Shown here one piece after another: positions 35,725-48,740 of a stretch of 64,000 nucleotides of DNA. The translations under genes and the position numbers were made by a program. Location of the stretch: positions 560,001-624,000 of the forward strand of contig MU058009.1 of the NCBI GenBank assembly GCA_013265495.1, in the 5' to 3' direction. The stretch comes from Vicugna vicugna (taxonomy: Eukaryota). The stretch's first letter is position 1, and each line of letters opens with the position of its first letter. The notes beneath the pieces were generated by a model that saw only the letters and a program-made list of their open reading frames with translations, ran no database searches and was not told where the DNA came from.

Positions 35725-36991
35725 TTACATTCTGTCCTCAAGGAGCCTGTCATTGTCTCATGAGACATAGGGGACAGCAGTATAAGCTCCTAAGAGAGGT
35801 TGATAGTGATTCGGAGACACGGATGCTCTGGGGAGGGGCTGGGTGAGCAGGGGAGTCTCGTCACGGGTTCACAGTGGGAAGGGACAGGGCTTGAGCCCGA
35901 CAGAATCCCTGTTAAACCAGAGACCCCGATGCCCAGTGCTCCCTTTTTCTCCCCTTGGTGCTCCACCTCCCAGAACACAAGCCATAAAACTCAGTGCAGG
36001 AGGCATCACGGTGCTAATCGAGGAGGAGATTAATTCATAATTTTGATTTCCTTTGAACCATTTTTATTTGACTGAGTCAAACTTGCTGTGGAACATGATT
36101 CATTACAACCTATTTTAAATCATGATCGGGAAGCAAGATGACACCCCGAAATGACAGAGAATGTGTTTCAGGGGAAGGAATCTCAAGTTTTAAAACTTAA
36201 AGAAAATTAATCTGGTTCTTCCCTGTAGACCAGAAGGAAAAGAAAAGATCCTGTGAAACTGTGAAAGAATTCACTATTTGTGATTGAATCCATGTATTAC
36301 TTATGTAAGCAAAACCCAAAGAAGATGATCTCATTTTATAAAACCAAATACTGCAGAAGCATATAGAGTAAAATGTGAACACTTTCCTTGACCCACCCTC
36401 ACCCCAAATCTGCTCCAAGGGGTAACAGTTCTAGTCTTTTGTTCCGTGTTTATACACACAAAGGAACAAGTGCTCGGTGCACAAACACAGAAATGGAATC
36501 ACACATGGTACATGCTATTCCGCAATTATATCTTCTTTGAATTTAACAATATATCTCATCGATTTTTCCCAGTGATAGTCTGCTTTAATATGCCTGCAGG
36601 AAGCAGAAATTGAGGCATTCATTTCCTTTTGTCTTCTGCTTTCCAAGGCAAGACTTGCTTTTTTTTCATCCGTATCTGATCCGGGCTCCCGGGGAAGCGG
36701 TAATTGCAGTCCTGGGTGGGAAAAAAGGGCAGAAGGGAAAAGGCGAGGGCCCAGGAGCAGGCATGAGCTACACTGAGTCGCCAGGGTTTTAAATTTGGCC
36801 CAAATGCACAGAAAGGAAACAAGGGCCAAAGATGAACTCTTGACAGTTTTAGGTGAACAGTGTTCAGCAGGCCTCGGGGAGGAGCCCCAGTAACCTGAAA
36901 CTAACCACTAGCAAGGCCACAGACAGTGGTCATTTTCCACGTGCAAAAACGTACGCATGCTTTAGTGGTGTTCTTTTAGGGTACCCCTGCC

Positions 36992-37040
36992 AGGAAGGGA
37001 GGAAGGAAGGGAGGGAGGAAGGAAAGAAGGAAGGAAGGGT
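36992..37040. repeat. (GGAA/GGGA)n purine microsatellite
   Basis: aggaagggaggaaggaagggagggaggaaggaaagaaggaaggaaggg. Confidence 0.9.
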
Positions 37041-38899
37041 TTGGAAGCTTCCATCCCCTCAGCACATCCTGAGCACACACACAAAGCAGAGAAGTGTTCA
37101 CTCTGAGTTCCCAGGGTGGCCGTCTGACCAGCTCTCTCTTTACAGCCAAACCTTTCAGCTCTGGAAAGAGATGAAGTCTTTGGGGGAAAATTCTTTATTT
37201 GGTTCTAGACACAATGAATCAGAGACTTCAATATCCATTGGGTCTTTATCCCCGACTCCTCTCCCCATCTCCCCAAATATAAGCCATCGGACCAGACAGG
37301 ACAAGTGTTCTTTTTGTTATGAGAGAAGGAGATTTCATTCTGGAACATGCCAGCATAGTGCAGTTGTGGAAACAGACACACATCTGGGTCTTTGGTGAAG
37401 ATCCACTTAGTCCTCGGAGAACAAGGACACTGCCCGGGGCTTCTCTGGAAACTGTCACAGATGGTACGTTTGTGGAGTCAGTTCAGAATCCTGAATACTC
37501 CTTACCATGAAGATGTTTAGTGCAGCTCATAGAGCAAGGGCCTGGGCAGCCAGGCCAGTCTGGATAAAATAAGGTGCACTCAGATGGGATGTGGAAGGGA
37601 AGTTCAGAGACTGCCCAGAGGGATGGGCAGGGTTATGAGAGTCAATAAGAGGTGATGTTGAGGCACTCAGGGGAGAGGTACAGTGGTTAACCCATTACCA
37701 GTGCTGCAGCCCTGAAGCACAGTGAGGGGAGGCACCAGTGTAGGTGGAGCCTCTGTGAACTGAAGACAAGTGGGCGGGGCCCCCGGCAGGGGCTGAATCT
37801 TGGAGGGACAGGATGCACCCAGTGTCAGAACTGAAGTAGAAAGGATACAGAAGAAGTACTCCCACCTCTCTCTCCTCCTGCACACTCATCTCTTTTGGGT
37901 GACTCCTGATGGCTGAACCCAAATGGAAACCAAGAAGAGAAGGAATCTGGAGATGAAGTCCACAGAGTCAGCCCAGGGCACAGAGCCAAGGGGAGAAGGT
38001 CAGAGAGTGAGTCCTGGTGGTGCTGACGGCAGTGAGGGGATACAGAAAATAGCCGTCCTTTCAGCCTGATGGAAATTTGGACTGGAAGCCAGAACAGGGC
38101 AGGGCAGAAAAACTCGCCAGAGTTTCACAAGGCTTAGGTTCAAACCAAAAGGGCAAAGAAACCCTGGTCCTTGTCACCCAGCGTGCTTAGAGCTTGAAGG
38201 ATGCAGAGCAAACCACCAGCCACCGAGGCTGCAGTCATGATCCCTGGGGTGTCAACACCATCACAGAATCCACAGGCTGGAAGAGAATTCCAGAATTCAT
38301 CCTTCTGCTTCTAAGGAGAGCAATACTCCACAATTCCAGGGGGATGGGATGCAATAGCCTTTTTACTGACACAGTTTTATGAGATGTTCCTTTTCATCCA
38401 TCATTAGCCATGCTTGCAAAATGAAAAAAAATTTCCAATTATAAACACTTTGGCATTTACTAGGGAAATATCAGCGTTTTAAATTTTGTCCTGGATATGG
38501 AGATAAACAAGAGGTGGTCCTTGCTCTTCTGAAGCTTACGTTCTGCTGAATGAGGCCTATCTGTGCATGGCAAATTATGATTCAAAGTGGGATGTGCTGA
38601 GTCCTTTCCTAGAGATAAATACAGTATGTTATAGGAGCACAGAAAAGGTGGAGGTCCATTTTGACTGCGGGCATTAGGAAAGCGAAGAGATGTTTCATCT
38701 GGGTTTTAAAGAAGTGAGGGGCAATGAGCGATGTAAGGTAGCAAGCACCACACGGGCTTGGGAGGGCCCGGGGAGCCCTGGGGTGGCTGGGCTTTGGAGC
38801 GAGCGGCCGGGCAGAAGAAGTGGGACCAGAAAAGTCAGCTGGGCTGGGACTACTGAGGGTCTGAATGCCGACACTAAGCTCTCTGGGGCTGAAATGGCC

Positions 38900-39390
38900 A
38901 GTGATCTGTTCAATATTCCTTCTCCTCTTTGTCTTTACTAACAGAATCTCAGCTTTTTTTTAGAGTGGCATTATGTCCATTTAAAACTCTGAACCTCTTC
39001 ACCTCCCTTGCAGCTAGAGGGTGTCACGTGACCTCTCACCTTCCACCTGTAAGTAGACGTCTACCAGACGAGGTTCCTGGGAAAGCTACTGGACAACTGA
39101 TAAAAACGGATTCACTCGGTCCATGCTTTTGACCCTTTGCTCCTCTCTCCCTCTTCCTGTCTAGAATGTGCACTTGAGACCTGGAGGTAGAGCAGGTGTC
39201 TTGGGACCACAAAACGAAGACCCAGGCTTAGGAGGGCAGAAAGGGCGTGAGAAGCCACCTGCATCCAGGATGACTTCCTGGGGCAGCAGCATCTGATTTA
39301 AAACACCTACCTCCTGACTTCTCCTTATGTGAAAAAAGCGAACCCCAGTGTTCAAGCCTCTGTGTCATATTTCTGTTCCATGAAGCTGCG
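38900..39390 (+). mobile_element. Ancient ERVL-class LTR (LTR16/LTR33-like)
   Basis: cctcccttgcagctagagggtgtcacgtgacc...cctacctcctgacttctccttatgtgaaaaaa...gttcaagcctctg. Confidence 0.5.
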
Positions 39391-42300
39391 TGTAGTGGTC
39401 CAGCATTCGAGTTTACTCTGTGGGATACATGGCGCTCCGGAAGGCTGACGTGCGGGAGTGCAGATGGGGTGCTAGGGGACTGTGCTTCTAGTCCTGCGGT
39501 AGCCCTGGACGCGATAAGTAATCACATAGACCTGGTATTCGGCCATCTGATCTAGCTTTTAGTCTGGCTCTTCCCCTGGCTAGCAAGGTGAGTCAGGGTG
39601 ATGCCCTTAGCTTTTCTGGGAATGGTGTCCTCGTTTGTAAAATACAGGTTTTCTTAGATGCTCTATGAAGGACGATTGAGGTTTCCTGTGTAGAGCAACA
39701 CGTTAGGAAGATGGGAGAAGGTGATGGGGAGCCTGTCTGAAGAGTGAGAGCCTGGAGCAGGAAAGCCAGTTGTGTGGTTCTTGGGCTTGGAGAGAAAGAA
39801 CCGGGGGTGTCCACCCGCAGGAAAAGGAGTTGGTTATATGATCAGTAAGTCTCCCGGGTTGACTGGATGGGGGCTGTGTGGTGTAGAGGGAGACACTGTA
39901 GCTGACTCGTCCCAAAGACGACTACATCAAACCCAAACAACGTGAAAGGACTGAGTATTCCGCAACATCACAAAGATTTTATGTAGATTTTAGAGGACGC
40001 GGAACCAGCGTGGCCTCATCTAACACTCTGAGGAAGTCGTCGATGCAGAAGCCAACAACAATAAAAATAACTTGGATTCATGTCACACTCTCCCCCTCAA
40101 GAACCCAAAGCCTGTTTGCACAGTTGTTACAAGTGGATCGTTGCGAGGTCCTTGCACAGCGAGAAAGGGAAGACTGCCGTCTCTCCCCGTTAGTCTGACA
40201 GAGAAACTGCAGTCTGCAAAGGTGGGGGTCTGCTGAGAACCGGGGTGCGGCGGGCACTCGAAATTCAGTCGGCCTCACCCCGGGCCTGGACTCCTCAGGG
40301 CCTGAGACATGAGAAAAGCCAGGGTCTGGCTACTTCCTCCCCCAACACATTGCGGCTTCAGAATGCAGAGCTAATAAAAGATCTCTCCACCTCTTCTCAC
40401 TCCTCCTGACACATTCTGTTTCCCTCTGGAGTCAGATCTGGAGGCGCTGAGGTCTTACCCAACGCTGAAAAGTTCTACATGGAGAACAGGAGTGAGGGGT
40501 CCTGGACTCAGTTTCCCCCGATGGGGCGCTGGGGAAGCTCTGTGAGCCTGGAGCTGGGTTTCTTCGCCTCCTCCTCCAGTGTGCTTACCTGCCTCCTCTG
40601 CCTGGTCTCAGACTGCGGGGCTCTTTCCCCATTTTTTTAAACCTGCGTTTCAATTCGGTCCCACCTCAGACACAACCCCTCGCACAGATCTCTCCGACAA
40701 ACAATGGGGACATAACTGGTATATTTTAATCCCAAAATGGCATCCGAAAGCGTTCTGCAATGCCGCCAAGCCAGCACTTTTAGAAGCATCTGACGATATT
40801 AATTTCAGTCTATTTCCTGAGGTTTGCAGGAAACCAAAATGTAGAAAGTGCTGTGGCAAAAAATTAAAGCTTCATGGCAAAAAAAAAAAAAGGAAGATTG
40901 ACAGGAAATGAGGCTTCAATAGGACAGCTTGCGCGAAGCAGGGCCGTCCGCTTTTCTGCATATCAACATATGTGTGGGGGAGAAACAGCTCTGTCTCCTC
41001 GCAGCTCTGCCACTGGGAGCGGCCTCACCTATCTGGCGCTCCCAGGGGTCCGCAAGGACTGGGGTAGACAGACACTGGACACTGTGCACTGGGTCCTTTG
41101 GGCTGGGTTGTGAATCACTGCCGGTGGCCAGATTTCCATAAAAACAAAGTTACATCCGATTTTTCATCCAATTAGAAAGAAAATCTAGGGACAATCAGTT
41201 TTTCTAAAACCCGAGATTATTTTGCATTACTTGCTTTTCCCGTAACTTTTTTTTTTTCCACATTTGACTCTGATGTTTTAAATTCAGAACTTTCTGGAAA
41301 GAATTCCTTCTAAATCTCCCATGTGCAATGATACTTGGAAGCAAATTCTGCCCCCAGACTACCAGCTTTTGTTTCCACTGTGCCTTTCTTTGTCTGGTTT
41401 TCTCTTCCTTGGCCGGCTTCCTTAGGTGTTTCCTGCAGCCCTGCCTTGCTGGGCTCCTTCCGAGGGTCTCTTTCTGTTTCTCACCAGTAGGTGGACAGAG
41501 TCCCGCTCAGCACAGACAGGATTTCTGGCATGTTCACTGGTAGGCCCTGCACAGTCTTAGGAACCTCCAAGGATCACCAAGGGAGCCGTGGGTCAGTCAC
41601 CCCCGAAGCCTGCGATAGGACAGGGAGGGAAAAACGTTTCTGCTGCCCACCTCCGCTGGGACACAGTCTTCCAAAGTAAGGCGCAGTCTCTCCTGCCTGC
41701 CTCCACTGTCCGTTGCTGTGAAATACTCAAGGGCAAGAGAACAAAACCGGAGATGCTTCTTGGAGCGCGAGTTTGTGGATTTCGGGGGGGAAGCTAAGGA
41801 GTCCTTGTGAACCAGGGAAGGGGCATTGGGGCCTGCAAGGCATTGCCCCTGTCATGCAAGTGACATTGAAAGCAAATGAGTAGTAAGGGAATCTGGAGAG
41901 ATGCAGACGGCGCCCTGGCTGGGCTCCGTGGTGAGACTGCACACCCCTGGCTCATCACTGTTTGCTCTGTGTTACAGCCCAAGTGAGACTTTTTTTTTCT
42001 TAATTTTCTTTTTTCAAATTTGTAGGTGCAAGACATGCCCGAATGGCACCATGGATAGTGTTAAACCTCTCACGGTTTGTTGTCACTGGGTCTGGGTGAG
42101 ATGAGGGAGTGAGAAAGCCTGTGCTGCCTCCCTCCTGGCTGGGAGTTTTAATAGAGCCGGGGGACCAGACTCAGCACCACTCGGGCGTCTGGGGGTCCCT
42201 GATGGAGAATTCTCTCTCAGAAACCCCAGGAACCAGAGGTCTGTTACTATTATGATCCCCACGGTGTGGATGGGAAGAGAGGCTGGGAGGTTTGACAGTG

Positions 42301-43979
42301 TTCCCCAGGTCAAGTGGGGGTGCTGGGGGGAGTGGCCCTAGCATCCCTTCCCAACCAAGTGTGTTGTTAACTGCAGGTCACTCTGCTGGCGTTGGCTGTT
42401 ACTCTGATTCTTAGGCAGGAGACGGGAATGTGTTGCGAGAAATAACAGCAATGGGGCCCACTGAGTGAGTGACAGGGGCGGAACAAGACTTCCGAAAAGT
42501 CAGTAGGATGCCTCCAGGCTTTGTGCCTCTCTCACGTGAGGCCAGATTGTCTCACGGTGGAAACCTGGATCCTGCCATCGCTTTGGAGGGCCCCGATGAC
42601 GCCCGACACTTGGGGCAAGGCCGCAGAAGTGTCCGCACGGCGAAGGAGGGTGGGCGAGGGACCTCACAACGGAGCGGAGATCTGGAGGGCGAGCTTGCCT
42701 CAGGGAACTCCGAACCGTTACGATTCTGGCGAGTTACATGGTGTCCGCCATCCCCCGGCTCCTGTCTCACTCACCTCCCTGCTCGAGCTCTGGGACACTT
42801 AGTCCTGGCTTGATGGTTATTGGCACAGATGTTAAAGGCCATTAGGTGGGGAAATGGAAAGCTTTTTTCTGAGCAAAAATGTAAGTGTGGCTTTGGCCTA
42901 TTGATCTGGACACAATAATTTGTTCTCGTCATTTGAATGTCTGTTGTTGTCAGGCACACAAAAGCATTTGCTAAATCACAAACGCAGTGAATACAGCTTG
43001 GGAGTGTGTGAGAGGCAGGGTGAGCCAGAGAGACAGGTTGGTGGTTGAAAGTTCAGACTCAGGGTTTGGAGAAGTAGCTTTCAAGATTCCAAACACTGTA
43101 GGGAAAAGCTGGTATTTTCAAACCTGTTTTCTCAGAGCAGATTTGGGACCAGTCTGTCTTCTGCTTTGACGAATAATTCAGAGTCATGGCTTTCATAAAT
43201 CTGTGGTATTTCTCTCTTATCAACAAGCTGAGGGCATCCTGCTTATTTCAACTAATAGCTCTTAGTTTCAGATGCACTGGGAACTTGAATTGATTAACTT
43301 TCCCTGGGACATCCTCAAAAGAGATGGGACCAGCGATGGCTGATCTCACAGTCTGGCTGGTAATTGAATTGTCTTGCTCTCTGGTCCCCTTCTGTGCACT
43401 ACTCTTATTTTGGGACCCAGGGAAAATCATTTTAAAAGCAGAAACCTTTTGAAGTAACAAGTGGCTGCCTTTTTTCTCTTCTCATTTCAGGCGTGCTGAA
43501 TTTTAGTTCAGTGCGGTTGCAGGGGGACCTCTCCATCATAAATCTGGAAACCCTCTATTGCCAAGGATTATTTCTCAGATTTCCTGAAAGCGAAAGAAAG
43601 ATGGGAAAGGTAAAAACCTGATGTTTTCCGAATGCTTGACCTTTGAAGCATGTGCGGGTGCTGCACTTTCTGCAGGAGTGTTTCCCGCAGATTCTTTTCC
43701 TTCCTGACTTCATAGGCCTCCTGCTTTGTGCCATTCTCTGACACCCACACCCAGTCCCCAGTTTGGAATTCTGATGTGAGCTTCAAGCTCCTATTCTTTT
43801 CCTTTTTGGTCATCAGAGGGTAGGGAGATACAAGGCACCGTCTTGTGCCGAGTCTGGGACCGATGAGCACACAATGGAGGAGGGGAAGCCAGCTGCTGGA
43901 ACAGTCACTCGTGATGGAGGAGCACACGTGGTCCAGACCTGCACGGCCTGATGCAGTAGCCACTACCCTCGTGGGACTC

Positions 43980-44152
43980 TTTAACTTGACATTAATTAAC
44001 TAAAATTAAAAATACAATTCTTCCATCATTTCACTCCTATGCAAGTGCCCAGTAGCCACATGTAGGTCCAGCAGTGGCTACTGTGTTAGACACTGTAGAC
44101 TCGATAGACTGTTTCTAAAATCACAGAAAGTTCCGTTGGACAGTATTGGTCT
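43980..44152. mobile_element. MER3-like hAT-Charlie element
   Basis: caagtgcccagtagccacatgt...gtggctactgtgttagaca...cacagaaagttccgttggacagtattggtctag. Confidence 0.7.
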
Positions 44153-44375
44153 AGTCTCTTTGCCCAATCAGTTTTGTATGGGAAAAAGACGAATGCTAGT
44201 CACAGAAGTAGTCAAGCCTTGGTTTGATAATAATAATACTTTTGAACAGAGCAAGCCAGAGATAATGCTACAAAATTAATGGTGTTCCCATCTAAGTCTC
44301 CGAGCTCCGATGAAAGATTAAGAAACTTAGATCTATTTGGAAATAAATGTGTGAACACCAATGGACCATGGCTCC

Positions 44376-44725
44376 TGTGGACTGAATTGTGTCTCCCTAA
44401 AATTCTTATGTTGAAACTCTAACCCCCAGTGTGACTACATCTGGAGTTTTGAGGAGGTGATAAAGGTTAGAAGGGGTTATAATGGTGAAGCCCTCATCTG
44501 GTAGGACTGGTCCCCCTATGAGAAGAGGATGAGACACCAGACTCACTCTCCACGACACGAGGAAATGACAAGAGGGGGACAGTCTGCAAACCAGTATGGA
44601 AGTGCTTACCAGGAACCAACGCAGCCGGCACCTGATCTTGAACTTCCAGCTTCCAGAACTGTGGGAAAATAAATTTCTATTGTTTAAACCACCCAGCCTC
44701 TGGTCTTTATCTACACTAACCCAAG
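44376..44725 (+). mobile_element. MLT1A-like MaLR LTR
   Basis: tgtggactgaattgtgtctccctaaaattcttatgttgaaactctaacccccagtgtga...cttccagcttccagaactgtgggaaaataaatttctattgtttaaaccacccagc. Confidence 0.85.
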
Positions 44726-45059
44726 CGGTCTAAACAATAGCCTTACGTTTGAATTTCTGCTGCATCTTGTCCTGCTGCAAGAACAGCATTTGCACAGCAT
44801 TTTCAAAGGTGGTTTCATGTATCTTATTTGCTTTTCACAAAAGCTTTGGAGGCTGGTATTAATATTATGATTGCACAGATGAAGAAAAAGAGGCCTGAGA
44901 ATTCCTAGATAATCAAGGTCAAGGTGAGTGTAGAAACCAGGGCTTCTGAATTCCAGCCCCCCCACCATATTGCTCTCCAGATCTGCTGTGACTGTGCCTG
45001 GGCAACTCTGAACATGAGGGCTTATTCGTGACTGCTCTCACATTCACGTCTGCCCATTA

Positions 45060-46400
45060 GAAATAACTGAGAGCTCTGGAACGTGGAAATCAATATTGCA
45101 TAGTCAACAAGGGATTCGTTTCCATAATATTAAAAATATTTTTCTACAAACATGTTAAAAAAAATGAGAGAAATTGGCAAAGGACATGAACAAGAAATCT
45201 ACAGAAGAGGAAATTCAAATAGCCAATAAAATTTTAAGATGTGCAAACTTGTTGGTAGAAAAGAAAATATGTTAAAATAGAGAAGTTATTAAAGAATTAA
45301 TTTATTCCTTTCTAAGCACTTACTTATACAGTTAGTCATGGAGGGAAACAGGCCTGCTGGTGAAACGGTCACCCAAAATGCAGAGGGTCTCAGACTAGCG
45401 GTCAAGGACTAACTTCTAAAGGAAAGGTCAATTTTACACCCATCTGATTAGGAAAAATATTTTAAAGTCTCATAACATCAAGCACTGAAGAGGAGACAAG
45501 AATTGTTATAAACTGGAGATTAGAGTATAAATTAGTGCAGCCTCTTTGGAGAAGAATTTGTCAATATCTAGTAAAGCTGAAGATATACATGCCTTGTGAT
45601 CCAGGAATTGACTTCTAAATGCATATCCTCGAGAACATCTTGCACATGTTCACAAGCAGGTATGATCAATGATACTCACCGCAGACTTACTACTTATTGC
45701 AAAAAATCAGAAACAAGCTACATGTTTATCAATAATGCAATGGATAAAGTGTAGTCCATTCATACAATGAAATGTTTTCATTTTCTCCTAATTAAAATAA
45801 AATGAACTAGATGTAAATGTATCAACATACATAATCTCAAAAATATGCTATTGAGTGAAAAGAGCAAGTTACAAAAATATATGTGCAGATGATTTATAGA
45901 AAATTCACAAACACATTAATATTGTGTGTTATATGTGAATAGCTAAGTAGTAAAAATATAAATGGGACAGACAAAAATCCAACTTCAAGGTGGTGATTAT
46001 CTTTGAAGAGGGAGAAAAGTGGTTTGGAGGGGGTTCAATTATATCTGTAAATTTTTCCATTAAACAATTTTTTCTAAAGCAGATAAGGAATTTTTTAAAA
46101 TGAAGTACAGTCAGTTACACTGTGAATTTCTGGTGTACAGCACAATGTCCCAGTCATGCATTTACATACATATATTCGTTTTCATATTCTTTTTCATTAA
46201 AGATTATTATAAGATATTGAATATAGTTCCCTGTATAATACAGAAGAAGCTTTTTAAAAATCTATTTTTATATATAGTGGCTGACATTTGCAAATCTCAC
46301 TTAACGTGTGTCAAATATGGATGGCTCATGGGTAATAATTGTTAAATGATACTATGTACTTCCATGCATGTAAGTTTTTCATAATTTAAAAATTCAAGAC
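45060..46400 (+). mobile_element. Old L1 (L1M/L1ME-type) 3' region, interrupted by a younger L1 fragment
   Basis: aaattggcaaaggacatgaac...cagaagaggaaattcaaatagccaataa; tataaattagtgcagcctctttggagaagaatttg; ttgagtgaaaagagcaagttacaaaa. Confidence 0.75.
46091..46298 (-). mobile_element. Younger L1 3' end fragment
   Basis: ttttttaaaatgaagtacagtcagttaca...tttctggtgtacagcac...aagatattgaatatagttccctgt. Confidence 0.85.
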
Positions 46401-47825
46401 ATTTTGCAAGATCAGAATTTTCCTGATCACTTAATATCAGTCCTCACAGTCTCCATGTAAGCCTTAAATCTCGTAGCCTTCGGAGCAAACAGACAAGGAC
46501 AGAAAGAGACACTCAGAGAAACTGTCTTCCAAGGGCCTCCACCAAGTCAACGGGAGAGCTGGGGTGTGACATCGTAGCCCTGCACCAGGGCTACACAGAG
46601 ACCCAGCAAGGAGCCCGAGCTGCTCAGGGTGAGAGGTTGGGGAGCAACTCCCCTCAGCTTTGCCTCCTCCTGCTGGGGTAGGGGTCACCAGCCACCTAAG
46701 ACTTGGCCCTAACAATCATTTAACATCTTGAAAAACAAAGCCAAAGCTAAAATTTGAAACTAGTTTTTAAAGCAATTAATGTTCAACCCAGGCAATTATT
46801 TTCCTGGGTCTCCAGAAAGCTTGGCATTGCTAAAAGTGGTTTGTTTGTTTTCCGGGGATAAAAAGAATAAAAAATTTAATTAGTGTTTCACGGGTCACCC
46901 AGCTGACACACACCTTTTCCTTTAATAAACAAACACCCGAGACACCTTTGCTATTAAACTCCCCTCTCTCTCCTGCCTCCCTTTTCCCTACCCTGATTTC
47001 AAGGCTCTCTCTGATTTTTGGAAACTGTGTGTGATTAGATCTTCAGTGTTTTTGTCATCTTCTAAAAACATCTCTTTTCTAGATTCTTCCTGGGTGTCTT
47101 TTGACTTAACCATTTGGGTGAATAAACAAACGTCTGTTGAGCAACTATTATGTGTTGGATGTTTGCTCCCTACTTATTTCACTTAACTATAATTGACTCT
47201 TATAACAATCCTTCAAAATAAGTGTAATCATTAATATTAGCCTTGTTGCAGAATTAAGAAAACTGAATCTCAGAAAGAGCCATGTTTGCAAGGCCATGAC
47301 TTTATTAAAAGAGCTAGGATTTACAAGCTGCATTGGTGGTTAAAGTTCTGGTTTCCAGTCCTGGAGCTGCCACTAATTATTATTAATTATGTGATCCTGT
47401 GTGGGTCACTTTGTATCAGTCTTAGTTTTTTCATCTCAAAATGAAGGGGTGGGGCAACATGATGTCTAAGTTTCTAAGATTTGTGTGTGTGTGTGTGTGG
47501 CCTTTTATTACACAGAAAGGACAGAAGAGACAGCTTATCTTTGCCAGCTCAATTTCTTTTCCAGCTTCTCTGTGGACAAAAACTCAAGGAATGAATTGAC
47601 CAGTTGAAAGAAGATCAATGAGCAAAACAAATCCTGGTGGACCAAATGCTCACTGAGGCCATGATTTCTCTGGGCAGGACTCACACCTGACTCCTTGTCT
47701 CTGAAACACTGGCTTGTTTTGGAAATCAGCCTGTGTTATTATGATTATGAATGTCTATTGAACACAAGGAATGGGCAGCAGAAAAGGCCCTGTGTGCATA
47801 AGTAGTTGAGAAGCCCAGCCTTGAG

Positions 47826-48395
47826 CATTATTTTATTCTTTTTTGTGGCTGAGTAGCATTCCATTGTATAAATATACCACATCTTCTTTATCCAATCATC
47901 TGTCAATAGACATTTAGGTTGCTTCCATGTCTTGGCTGTTGTAAATTGTGCTGCTGTGAACACTGGGGTGCATGTGTCTTTTCAAATTAAAGTTTCCTCT
48001 AGATATATGCCCAGGAGTGGGATTGCTAATCGTAGGGTAAGTCTATTTTCAGTTTTTTAGGGAATTTCCATACTGTTTTTGTTAATGGCTGCACCAAACT
48101 ACATTCTCACCAACTGTGTAGGAAGGTTGTTACCAGGATGGGAAAGGGGATGGGGAGTGACAAATTGGAAATTCAGGATTTGTAGATACACACTACTATA
48201 TATAAAATAGATAAACAAGAAGGTTCTAATGTATAGCAAAGGGAACTATATTCAATACCTCATAATGGCCTATAATGAAAAAGAATATGAAAAGGAATGT
48301 ATATATAGTGTGTGTGCATGTGTGTGTATAAGTGAATCATTATGCTGTACACCAGAAAGTAACACATTGTAAATCGACTATACTTCAATAAAAAA
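47826..48395. mobile_element. 5'-inverted L1 insertion: ORF2 C-terminal piece on the minus strand (47826-48128) joined to 3' UTR and A-tail on the plus strand (48129-48395)
   Basis: The minus ORF fragment FTAAQFTTAKTWKQPKCLLTDDWIKKMWYIYTMECYSATKKNKIM is the L1 ORF2p C-terminus. The plus part gttaccaggatgggaaagggg...cttcaataaaaaa is the L1 3' UTR. Confidence 0.9.
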
Positions 48396-48519
48396 GATGA
48401 GTAAAAATCAAATATAAAGAAGAATGAGACTCACCTAAATAAAGGGGGAAAAGGAAGTAGAACAGAGGACACAAAGATGATGTGTAATTAGAAAGAATGC
48501 TAATGTTGTCAGTAGGCAG

Positions 48520-48740
48520 TATACTATGGCAGTTTAGAGCAAAGATGCTGGCATTAGGCCATTTGGGGTGAAACTGTGGTTCTGCCAGAACTAGCTCTTG
48601 CCAAGTCATTTAACCTCTAAAGTTTAGTCTCCTCATCTGTAGTTTCTACCTCATAGGGTTGTCATGAGGATTAAATAAGAAAATTCCTGTAAGGCTTTTA
48701 GCACAGAAAACTCAATAAACGCTAGTTATTATTAGCATGA
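48520..48740 (+). mobile_element. MIR SINE
   Basis: caagtcatttaacctct...ctcctcatctgta...ctacctcatagggttgtcatgaggattaaataag...ctcaataaacgctagttattatt. Confidence 0.85.

Noticed and set aside
20895..42190. Partial REST/NRSE-like matches (ccacggacagggc ~20901, tcagcaccagggg ~23824, tcagcaccac ~42171)
   Set aside because: Half-sites only. None matches the full TTCAGCACCACGGACAGCGCC consensus with correct spacing.
47745..47963. ORF with a clearly protein-like sequence
   Set aside because: It is an L1 ORF2p C-terminal remnant, not a host gene.
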